Of a DNA stretch of 64,000 nucleotides, positions 51,835-64,000 are shown one piece after another. The translations under genes and the position numbers were made by a program. Position 1 is the stretch's first letter. Every line of letters begins with the position of its first letter. Source of the stretch: Eledone cirrhosa (taxonomy: Eukaryota); the NCBI GenBank assembly GCA_964016885.1, contig OZ024741.1, positions 151,590,001-151,654,000 of the forward strand, read 5' to 3'. Below the pieces are notes generated by a model. That model worked only from the letters and a program-made list of their open reading frames with translations, did no database searches and was not told where the DNA came from.

Positions 51835-52977
51835 ATTTCGTGAAAAAAAATGGTATGAAATGAAATCTATTAAGTTATATTTCTCTATACCATCAACATC
51901 AGGGCACTATAGTAAGTGATAATACTAGTCATTTAATACACCATTGAGATAGAACTGAGGGTCCTGAGAATGTAACCATGGCAAACATAATTAATGGTCA
52001 GAAATTGGGTACATTAGAAACTTTTTCTAGAAAATAAGAAAAAGAAACAAAAGGGGCTAAATCAGGATTACAGGGCGGATGTCTACTAATTTCTCTGATG
52101 AAATTTTCCCATGCTCTTTTCTACAATATTTCTGGATACATTTCTCAAACATATTTTGCAATAAGCAAATGTTACTCTTTTTGTTCCCTCTAAAATTTCA
52201 GCTAATAAAATACCCTCAGAATCTCAAACGGATCATTTCCGCCTTTGACTGAGCTTTGTTTTCAGGATCGTACTGGTAAAGTTATGTTTCATCTCCCGTC
52301 ACAATTCACCTCAGAACACCTTTGGATTTTGATTCCAGTTGTTTAAAATTTCTAAAGAAAGTTCTATTCTTATTTGTTGTTGATCCGGGCACAACAGCTT
52401 TAGCACCCTGCAGGCACAAAGATTGCCCACCTTTAGTTTATCACTTAAAATTGTGTGAATTGAACCAAGCCTTTAGGGTGTGAGATATATCAACGTTAAA
52501 TCCATTTTAATGTTAAATCTATTTTAATGTTAAATACATTTTAATGTTAAATCCATCATTTAAATCTCGAACAGCAAAGATTATTTATTCACAAATTGAT
52601 TTTGATAGCCAGTAGTTCCGATCACCATCTTCAACTTCAGCTAGTTCTTTGAAACGAGTAAATTGCTGATTTTTTTAGGAGAAGAATTTTCATAAACATT
52701 TCTCAAAGCTTCAATAATGTCCTTTTTCTTCCAAACAAGTTTTACCATAAATTTTATGTTGGTTCTTGCTTCAGTTTTGATAGAACACATGTTGATTTCA
52801 AGGTGGTTGTTTTCAAAATGGTGTAAATTTCAAATTATTTCTTTAAATCACATCCGAATCACAATCGTTAGAATACGTCTGTCCATGTTTAAGTTGCTGC
52901 AAAACAAGTAGCAAAATATTTGCGTAGTGTTTCTATAAAATATATTTTCCAGGAACTTTTAATTGCCCCTCGTGTAC
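51835..52977 (-). mobile_element. Decayed mariner transposon, Hsmar2/irritans-like
   Basis: Minus-strand end tacacgaggggcaattaaaaagttcctggaaaat resembles the Hsmar2 TIR. Translation EARTNIKFMVKLVWKKKDIIEALRNVYENSSPKK matches the Hsmar2-type N-terminus as recalled. Many stops. Confidence 0.75.
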
Positions 52978-53488
52978 ATATATATGATTTTAGTTCTTAC
53001 AAATATCATTGTTGTTGTTATTATTAGTATTATATTTACTTTTCTCTCCCTCACTCACTCCCTTATTCTTTCATCCTGCCCCCTCTCACTCTCTCACACA
53101 CACACTCTCTCTCTCTTTCTGTATATATATATATATATATCATAAAATCTTAATAACAAAACTAGTATTATGTATGTACATATATTTAGAACAATGAATA
53201 ATAAATGTACTAACTTAAATAAATATTTTGATACGGCCGTTTCATGGAAATCCAGAATACCATGTTTATAATCAATTTGAATGATTGGTATCAATCACCA
53301 ATTATTGATTTTGTAATAAATATCATCAACACCACAGAAAATTTCCATTCGTCAGTGACAGGTTTTTTTCTGTATAAATCTCACCTTGTATACTAACTAG
53401 CAACCTGTCCAAGCAAGACGCTAATAATAAAAGCAGTGACGAATGGAAATTTAAGTGAATAGATTTATTATTTGGTGTTCTCTCTCTC

Positions 53489-53580
<92 letters not shown>

Positions 53581-54329
53581 TATATATATATATAGATATA
53601 TATAGATATATATATATATAATCCTAGTTTTGTTTCTCAACTTAATATATGGAAAAGATTCTTTGATAGATGGATTTATTTGCACAAATAACTATTCTGA
53701 GTTTAATGTTCATTGAGCTTTATGTGTTGCGTACATAATCACTATATATTTTATATGTATATATATACAATGTAAATGTATCAATACGTATGTAATATGT
53801 ATGATGATTGCGTTTCTCAATAAATAAGTTCATTGGATTTTTGGATCAGAGCATCAAATATTTAAAATTAAATGATATATGTAGAGAGAAATATTCATAT
53901 ATCGTCTGACAACCACATAGATTTTGTACACGCATATAAATAGAGCAGATAATATACAAGAAAGTATACGTTCTTTAAGGGGGTGGTTCTCAAATGATAT
54001 ATGAATCTTTCTCTCTACATACATATATATCAAAACTTTAATATAGAAATGGCTTGTATATTAATTTTTTGATATTTTTGCATTATATTTTTGCATTATA
54101 TTTTGCATTATATTTTTGCATTATATTTTTTCACTACCCACTTCTACAATTTTTTATTTAGTATTTTCCATTCTCAACTTATTAACCTTTTCTATAGCTT
54201 TGGCCGTACAAGCAACACCTACTAATTATAGCAGCTGTTTATAGACTCTACTGTTTTTGTTCTTTTTAATTCATTTCTCACTATCTAATTTTATATATTT
54301 TTTTATATTTCTTTCTATTATTTTTTTTT

Positions 54330-54712
54330 ATTGTCTCCTACTCTCATTTGACTTACCTATTGTATAACTTCCCTCCCCCATTTTCTCCAGAACAATTTTT
54401 CGACTTTTCATACACTATCCTTAGAATCTGTTGTATAGATATCACTTTCAACGCTTTACCGGCTCCACTCACACCCTCATTGTTCTACAGGCAAGTTCAG
54501 CCACCCCTACCTCCCACCAAATGCCATGTTAGACTTATTTGTGTTTACAACAAATTTTGACCAATCCTCTTGACAACTACAATCTTCCCATATAATGAAG
54601 TACCTCTTGACAAGTTCGGCTATTTATTTACCAGGCTAAAAATTCTAATTTAGTCCAGAAATAGCCGTCGAAACGGCTTGAGCTCTGCCGTCGAGGTCAT
54701 ACTTTTTCCTAT
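54330..54712 (+). repeat. PLE 3'UTR end (diverged member of the 4300-4620 family) with hammerhead-like motif at 54604-54682
   Basis: Aligns with 4420-4617 (cccaccaaatgccat...ttttgaccaatcc...ttcggcta...tagccgtcgaaacggcttgagctc); ends in TA. Confidence 0.7.
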
Positions 54713-54969
54713 ATATATATATTGTTATACTTGGGGAGGGTCATATTTGTGTAATAATATTGCCAGAATTAATAACAGAACACACTCACTGTTTGGTTGG
54801 TTTTTGCTTCTGTGTCTTTTATATCGGTTAATTTAATTTATTCGGTCCTCAATATTGCCATTGACTGACCAACGGTCAAAAATACAGATACAATATAGAC
54901 ACAAACACATATATATAGGCTATCAAAGTTCTTTCGTTGCACATCTGCAACATTAATATATATATATAA

Positions 54970-55041
<72 letters not shown>

Positions 55042-55617
55042 ATGTTGAAAAGGTAACACACCAGACGAGATATACAGTGCGCTATCAATAAAACAGGGAA
55101 AAAAACCACCAGTGTATGGGATCTATAGCCTATGAAAGGCAGACTATAGGCACGATAATTAAAAATATAAATTAAAGCGTAAATAAATACCTCTATAACT
55201 ATATAACACACGTACAAATCCAAAGAGATGTTTCGCCAGTAATTTGTTGACAGAAATAGAATAACCTCGGTTCATCAGCGTTTGTAAGGCTATACATTTC
55301 CGACAACACTAAGAGAATTTTAAAAGTGACTGTCCAGCTACACGTGGGAGAGAGAAGTCACAGCGTGTTTAAGGGCACTGAACCAGTGGCCTCTGAGGGA
55401 CGAGCTGCTAGAAAGGGCAGCCCAAAACCACTCAGAGAAGTGTGCTCAACCAAACAGAGAGATAGGAAAGACTGTTATAAGGAGCGAAATATCACGATAA
55501 TTTATATTTTTAATTATCGTGTCGAGAGTCTGCCTTTCATAGGTATAGCGAGGGCCTATGGCTCCGTTAATTTATCGTGATATATATATATATATAAAAC
55601 AAATTGCTGGAGATACA

Positions 55618-55681
<64 letters not shown>

Positions 55682-56739
55682 CGTATACATACATATAAAG
55701 ATGTCCATCAATTACCATTTTTGCTCAATGAAAGAATAACTAAATAATTAATCAATAATCACAGCATTATAAAATGAATATGTAAAGCAAATAAGATTTG
55801 AAAAAAAGTACCTTAAACACTTTTGAAAAGGAATTTGAAATAATTATTTTTATCTTATTTGTTTTACATTTTCATTATACATATATAAAAAAAACATAAT
55901 TTTGTAAAAAAAGATCATCTTATGTATAGTTATTGTCTACTTCATGTTATATGGAAAACAAAGAAATTATACAAAAACAATTCTATTAGAGACAAACGAA
56001 AAATCATGTGAAAGGGATAAACCATGCTTAAGAAAGCATGAGTAAATTTGAAGTCATTCAGTGCATAACAGTAAATTTGAACTGATATACATATTGTGTG
56101 TGTGAGAGAGAAAGAGCGTCTATACATATCTCATATAAATGGAAAGTGTGTGTGTGTGTGGGGGGGGGTTACTACGTGTGTCTGTGCGTGCGTGCAAGTG
56201 ACTCTGCGTGTCTGTTTGTATGAGAGAGTGAAGTGGAAATTTAGACGATCTCTTAGCGAAATCGTGCATCATACCCTTCGAAACTCAATGAAAATTTAAT
56301 TCTCCGGATTAAGTTTTAAGTAGAGTTCACTGGTTCGAAACAATTTCACCATGCTATATACTAGATAGTAGCTATTGTGTCTATATTTCCTCCTAAGGTC
56401 AGTGTCTCTTTATAGAATTGAGGATAAAATCCATAAAATATAACAGTCACATGAATATAGTGTTACTACACAGTCAGTTCAATTTAACTACAATTTCTTG
56501 TATCCACATCCGAAGATCGAAAGGCAAAATTAAACGGATTTGTGATCTAATGATTTCTTCTTATGATCATTTCGCCTTTATATACATACATACAAACATA
56601 CATGCAAATATACATACATTCGATCTTCAAACAGCTGGAATACATCACCATTAGTTTAGAAATAAGATATTCATAGCGTGTATTACTTATGGTAACATGA
56701 ACGCACATCCGAGATTTAAAAAAAATACCTCATATAATA

Positions 56740-56816
<77 letters not shown>

Positions 56817-56818
<2 letters not shown>

Positions 56819-57856
56819 AATACAATATAGAGTTATTAACTCATATTGATACCCTGCAATTAACAAGTTCAAAGTATAAATACTGAGCATTATAATATTA
56901 ATATATGTAGAAATAAACACAGTAAATTCTGCGTCTAAAATTATGAGGGTAGATTATACCACAAATGTTTTATATATTTAAACTGAAGCATACAGTAAGA
57001 TACAAGATTTCCTATACATACCGTATCAATAACGATTTCATCTCTCTGCCAGACTAAAGATCTAATCTGTTTTGCCCTGAAAATTGTGTTTGTAACAGAT
57101 AATCCTTAGGCATTTCATCAGCGAGAGATTAAATTAAATGAAACAAAACACATCTAACAAGAAACTCACAGAAGTAAATAATGTACCTCGTGGGTTGAAG
57201 GCTATACGTGGTGTGAGTGGTTATGCTAGAAATGATAGCCTAATTACACGCATCTTATAAGCTCACCTAGATGTATAGGAAATCTTGTATCTTACTGTAT
57301 GCTTCAAATTAAATATATAACACATTTGTGGTATAATCTACCCTCGTATTTTAGACGCAGAATTTACTGCGTTTATTCCTACATATATTAATATTATAAT
57401 GCTCAGTATTTATACTTTGAGCTTGTTAATTACAGGGTATGAATATGAGTTAATAACTCTATATTTTATTTGTATTTCGGCTCCCTATCTAGGTGAGCAT
57501 ATAAGATGAGTGTAATTAGGCTATTATTTCTAGCATACCACTCACACCACCTATAGCTTTCAACCCACGAGGTACATTATTTACTTCTGTTAGTTTCTTG
57601 TTTGTTTTGCTTTGTTTCATTTAATCTAATCTCTCGCTGATGAAATGCCTAAGGATTATCTGTTACAAACACAATTTTCAGGGCGAAACAGATTAAATCT
57701 TTAGTCTGTCGGAGAGATGAAATCGTTATTGATACGGTATGTATAGGAAATCTTGTATCTTACTGTATGCTTCAGTTTAAATATATAAAACATTTGTGGT
57801 ATAATCTACCCTCGTAATTTTAGACGCAGAATTTACTGTGTTTATTTCTACATATA

Positions 57857-57862
<6 letters not shown>
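56817..57862. mobile_element. Non-coding element in inverted and tandem arrangement with hammerhead-like motif (PLE-derived, retrozyme-like)
   Basis: 56817-57271 is a minus-strand copy; 57271-57475 and 57488-57862 are plus-strand partial copies. (TA)n on both flanks. Confidence 0.75.
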
Positions 57863-57931
<69 letters not shown>

Positions 57932-58191
57932 GAATAATCGAGAATCGGAATATCAGCCCACGAAATCACGATAAACAATATCCGACATGTGTGGCAGAGG
58001 GCTCAATAATTTGGATAAATCAGAGCTATAACTATCGTTAAAATACCAACACATAGAGATCATGTCTAAAATCACCCGTGCAGCCGAAAAAGAACGACCA
58101 GGAAGATTCGGGTCACTCAAATAAAATATCAATAAATTAATAAATTAAATGAATGTAAAAAACTCATATATATATGTGTGTGTGTGTGTGT

Positions 58192-58235
<44 letters not shown>

Positions 58236-58903
58236 AGTGTATTAGTATTGGAGCGCGAGTGTATTAGAATTCATAGAATAATGAGAAGAACTCAACGTCA
58301 GAGAGCTGTTGAAACAGCAAAATGCCGTCAATGACAGCGTTGGGTAAAATTTAATTCAAAAGACAGAAATCAGCGGCTAGAAATGTGCTGGCCCGCAGAA
58401 GTGATAGGAAGAAAGGAGCATAGGAAGAAAATGTGCAAGACAAGATCACATGAACATCTTTTAACCTCTTCAGCTCTCAGACCGACTGTGGTCTGACACG
58501 ATTTAAATTATGAGTACCACATAAAATTGCCCCTTCTCCTACCCACCGCTCTTGCTTGTCACTTCCACTTGCTGCCCCTCTGCAGCCCCTGTGCTTTTGT
58601 GTCCTTTATAGCGGTGATTTGGGGCCGAGAAGACACATTTTACTTCTCTCTCTCTCTGATCTGTCTTTTTGTCTATCTAATATGTTCGTTTTATTTCAAT
58701 GTATAAAATGGTTTGCGATTTTCATTCGGGATCTCTGCCTAGGCGTTCAGTTTAACATGTTATTTCAAACTTTCAAGGCCGACAAATAAAGTACCGGTCC
58801 AATACCGACACCACTTCTTCTTCTTCTTTTTCTTCTTCTTCTTCTTCTTCTTCTTCTTCTTCTTCTTCTTCTGCATTAACTCTCCCCCATCTCTCCCCCA
58901 TCT

Positions 58904-58972
<69 letters not shown>

Positions 58973-58978
<6 letters not shown>

Positions 58979-59788
58979 ATTAAATAAATGGAAACTATAT
59001 TTATAAAACCATATTTATTTCATTATATATATTTCGGGGATATCATATTAACAATATGCTATGCCTTCCTCAGACAAAATACAATATAAACAGTTTTATA
59101 GATAAATAGATTCGACATACCGATAAATAGATTCGACATACTTGTCTCATTCAGGAATACTGATATTTACAATATAGTGGAAGTTTTATGAATTCTAATA
59201 CATTAAGACATAGGGTTTCTACGCCTCGAATATATCTGGCTATTTTTTTATTTTTTTCTCTCGCTATTTTTTCTCTCTCTATATTTTTTTTCTCTATATA
59301 TCTCCCTTACATTAATACTAGAGCTAAATAAATAAATAAATAAATGTATCATTGATACATTTACTCAAAATTACCTCCCACTACCTAATTTTCTATATAT
59401 ATATGTATCTATATCTATTTCCTCTCTCTCTATATATATATATCTCTTTCTGTTTTTTACATGAAGTTCTTCTCTTTATCTATCTTTCCATCTCTATATT
59501 TTTTGTTCCATGCATTTCTTCTTTTTCTTCCTTTTCTTCGTTTTCTGTCTTTCTTTCTTTTTTTCTCTCTTTCTTTCTCTCTGTATAAAATTTTTTCACT
59601 GCCAGCTTAACCTCTTCAAATCCAAGTCGGTGTTATAACGGTATGTCGAATCTATTTATCTATAAAACTGTTTATATTGTATTTTGTCTGAGGAAGGCAT
59701 AGCATATTGTTAATATGATATCCCCGAAATATATATAATGAAATAAATATGGTTTTATAAATATAGTTTCCATTTATTTAATATTGTA
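58973..59788. repeat. 150-bp inverted repeat with ~516-bp spacer
   Basis: 58973-59122 equals the reverse complement of 59639-59788. The left arm abuts (TA)n. Confidence 0.88.
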
Positions 59789-59873
59789 AATATACTCCAA
59801 ATATTTGTCGAGTGCTTTTATATCAGTTATAAATATTTACTAGTTGTAACCCAACAATTTTAAATATAACTTT

Positions 59874-59945
<72 letters not shown>

Positions 59946-61129
59946 CTCTCTCTCCCTCTTTCTTTCTCTCTATGGAAGAAATCAGCTGATATCGAACCCC
60001 GAGAAGTATGGGCATCTGCCAGGTTTAACATGCTGAAGATGAGTCATACGTTACAACGGCGCTCATACGACTCCGTTAGAAGTCATGGATTCAGTGAGTG
60101 TGATCTATAGGCATTACCGGGAATATATGTAGTAATTAGAGTGAAGTTACTCTTCGTGACTGTAGACGCGTCCATTGTTTGCTAATCTACATGCTATTCT
60201 ACTTAACATTTCGACTTTACGAGATTTGTTTCGTTGAGATTGTAAACACTGCAATTCCTAATCTACATTAAGGCGAGACTTTTATCCAACGGCAATCATT
60301 GTATTTTTCATCGACAAAATTTACTGTCAGTCTAGGAGTGTAAGGAAATTTGAGAAACGCTAACTTGACATATTAACACATAAATTTCTCTGTACTATTT
60401 TAGCATAGCAACAGAGTCTAAATATAAAACGGTGTCACCAGCCATCACACACGTAATGAAAACGGCCTCGAATTATGCACTCTTTCATTATCTTCATCAG
60501 AACATTCTAGAAAGATATGTTATTTACTGTGCTGCGCTTCAAATGTAGATGCTCAAAACTCTATACTTAACTATTTCGTTACAACATTTTAAATAAAAAA
60601 ATACTGCGTATGTGCTTCAAATAAGGATCTTACACAGAACCATGATGGAAACTTTAGAGATAAATCTAAGTACTTTGAAATAAATAAATCTTATCTTATA
60701 ACGAAAGGCTGATTGGTATGAAAAGAGTTCAGAATAACATCTAACTAGTCAGTGAAACGTCTTTTGTGTGAGGTCTCTTCTCCGTCTCAACAGTTTCGGT
60801 GACTCTGACTCCTTGAATAATGTATGGCCGCCGCCATTCCCACCTCATATAAACAAAAAATTTAAAAGCACTATCTCTTCCAGCATTCACCAATCTCCAA
60901 ATTCTGGTTTAGTTTCTTACAGAAAGTCACTGGATAAAATGTTCATATAGTATATACAGAATCAAAATAATAATTACTGATAGAAATTGTTTACTTTCAA
61001 GTTTCTTATCAAATCCAACTATTTTATAAGTATCGGAAAAACTTCTAATAAATAAATCGTCATTAATAAGATACACACACTCACATATATACATATACAC
61101 ACACTCACATATATACATATATATATATA

Positions 61130-61197
<68 letters not shown>

Positions 61198-61209
61198 CAT
61201 ATAACTATA

Positions 61210-61253
<44 letters not shown>

Positions 61254-61405
61254 GGAGGTGAGTTTTATTGTAGTACAATAAAGCAATGCAGATATCGGAT
61301 AAGAAGCATTCTACAGTTTGTAGGACTGGAGTATACATAATATAAGATCAAAAGATGGTTAAAGGAGATAAAATACATGGAACTCCTTTAACCATCTTTT
61401 GATCT

Positions 61406-61456
<51 letters not shown>

Positions 61457-61824
61457 TATAGTTATATGTGAATACATATATATAACACATACAGAATATG
61501 CAAACACACACACATATATATATGTGCGAGTGTGTGTGTGTGTATGTGCTTGCATAAATAATGTTTGTTGCCTTATAAATATTATAACCAGCTGTTTCCA
61601 GTTTCTTGTCAAATCACAGATGAACTATTTGCTTTGCTTCCGTTACACGAAAGTAGTAAGACAATGGTGATTCCATATGATAATCTACTAAATAGGATTA
61701 TTTAGAAATATCTAAGATACTTTCGAATAGCTGGTGGGTGTTAGCGAAGTGTGACTATCATAGCTTTAGAAAACACATTCATATGAAAATGTGACAGATA
61801 TTTATATATGATTAATATGTATAT

Positions 61825-62260
61825 ACTCTTCCTCTCCACCACATCATCTTTTGTGTTCTCAATATTTGCTCCCAGATACAGGAAGTCCGCAAACCAGCTC
61901 CTGCTGCTCCCCGCCTACATTCATTATCTTCTCTTGCTCCTTGATGTTCTCTACCAGATACTTCGTCTTACTCTCATTCAGTCTCAGCCCCACACTCATC
62001 GATACAGTCTCCAGTTCTCCCATCAACACTTCTGTCTCCTTCACTGTGTTTACCACAAGACCTATGTCGTGGGAAATTCAGCATTTGATATCTTTTTAAC
62101 TTTAACTCTTTTGTTCTGAGCCGATGCTACTGTAAATCCTGAATCCTGGTGTTTCTCGCGTGCAAGGCGCATACAATAGTCCACTGCGATGATGAAAAGG
62201 TAGGGAGCCAATGTAAAGACCTGAAGATCCGTCTCTTCTTCGCTACAATGTGTAGAAAAT
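61825..62260 (-). pseudogene. Degraded RTE-like LINE reverse transcriptase fragment
   Basis: Minus-strand remnants LAPYLFIIAVDYCMRLA and ELETVSMSVGLRLNESKTKYL. Confidence 0.65.
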
Positions 62261-63475
62261 ATCCGTAGGTGTGAGAAAGGAAGAAAGAAAACTGTTCACT
62301 CAAGTAAGAGAGTGATATATTATATTATTTATTTATGTTCATACGCGGAACAAAAGCGCTACCTATATTGACTATATCTCCATATTATAAGAGGAATCAA
62401 AATTTTGACCTAATCTTCAGGTGCTTAAACGAGTTTTGAAGATACAGTTAAAAGTATAGAGCTAAAACGCTAGTATACGAAACACGTATTATAACAAATT
62501 GAAATAACTCAAAGATGTAAATTTGTAATAGCGAAGTTGTTGCACACTTGTTAATATTCGCGCTCTATAGCAGATGTATGGTATTATGTGCTGGTATGAA
62601 ATATAAGGAGAGTAATATTTATTAATGTATGGAACAGATATTAAGAAAGCATATAAATCAAATGAAGGTGGTTGAAAATCAGTTGAATTCGTTGAGTATT
62701 TATATGAGTATTTATATACTTTCTTTTCTTTTTCCTTTTTCCACACTTACATAATACAGTACATTCTACTCCATACCTTAATAAATACTACATACATTAG
62801 TCTTTACGTTAAGGGAAAAGGGGGTGCGAACCAAATAACTCTTCTTTTGGGATTGATTGGGTGTGTGCTTAAATTTGTCCTTAAAAGCGCTATCTAGGAG
62901 GGCTTGGTTCTAACATGGCGCGGCCTTATCGAAGATCTCCCTGATTGCTGATAGATTTGAGATCCTATGACTAATATTTGAAACTAGATTTTTAAAAACT
63001 CGATTGGTGGTGGGGTTCTGATATTTAATTATCATATTTCAATTTTTCGTTGGGTTTATGCTATGGTTTATACGAAGCAGTACTTAAGTCTAAGTTGACA
63101 TTAAGGAAATTTGCATTATTAAGGTTCACATCGACTGTAAATGTAAGTCCTAATGTGCGAAAAGTGTAAATTAAATCTTCTCGGAATTTCCGTATAGTGT
63201 GGCCGTTTAATCGCACACACTAGTATACACAAATATATATATGAGTAAAAATGAAAGAAAGAGGCAATCAGCCTATAATGTGTAAGTTGAAAATATTTAT
63301 ATTAACGGTTTGGCTTTATGAAAGCCAAACTCACCGGTTTTATTGACGTAACCATATATATCGTTTCTGATGCTTTTAAATAAGCGAATTTCATATCTTT
63401 GAAGCAGCTGATAATGCATAAATAATATAAACTGTTTGTATATATATATATATATATAGTCAAATACAGAAACGC

Positions 63476-63592
<117 letters not shown>

Positions 63593-64000
63593 GTGTGTAT
63601 GTGTGTGTGTGTGTGTGTGTGTGCGCGTGTGTGTGGCTGCAACTTTATTTCCAGTAATGCCATCGCTTGATACTTAAGCATGAGCAATTGTCTATGGTCA
63701 GCAATACCATGCATCATAAAAAATGTCACATATTAAGCGATGCATGTGCTTAAAGCTTTTCCTCACTTAAAAACGCTTTACCCCTCAACATTTGTTATAA
63801 ATAAGCAAATCAGAGTATCAAACATACAATAACATCATATTAAATACAAGTGACTGAATATACACGTGCATTTTCTCAGAAAAGTGTTTTCTCTCCCTTC
63901 CCCTCCCTTCTCTCTATCTTTCTATTATATCTTTTATTTCTCGTTTACTCTTCTGGTGATGCACTATTGTCCGAAGCGTTAAAACTCTTTTCCTACTACA

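Noticed and set aside
60028-60088. CTGAAGA followed by a gagtc/gactc stem
   Set aside because: No GAAA after the stem; not a hammerhead.

Overview
This window is AT-rich, microsatellite-dense animal DNA, most likely cephalopod (Octopus-like; inferred from the repeat landscape). No host gene exon is recognisable, and most short ORFs in the track are translations of (TA)n, (CA)n, (TAA)n or (GAA)n. The interpretable content is almost all mobile DNA. (1) An intact, very young Penelope-like element (PLE, Neptune-type RT plus C-terminal GIY-YIG) lies at ~17379-24545 with tandem and inverted pseudo-LTRs. Unusually, it has two ORFs: a 400-aa coiled-coil/disordered ORF1 and an ATG-less RT-EN ORF in the -1 frame, joined by an in-frame T TTT TTA slippery heptamer (gag-pol-like -1 frameshift candidate). 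Each pseudo-LTR carries a minimal hammerhead ribozyme with a U3-A8 covariant core. (2) Many fragments of other PLE families (Hydra-clade-like) sit at (TA)n tracts, with inverted terminal copies and further hammerhead motifs. (3) A head-to-tail train of R4/Dong-type RLE non-LTR retrotransposons sits in (TAA)n, including one full-length 1216-aa copy with a structured, pseudoknot-capable 5' UTR. (4) tRNA-derived Meta-domain-like SINEs, a decayed Hsmar2-like mariner, a MITE and an RTE-like fragment are also present. Everything was read by eye; no searches or folding programs were run.
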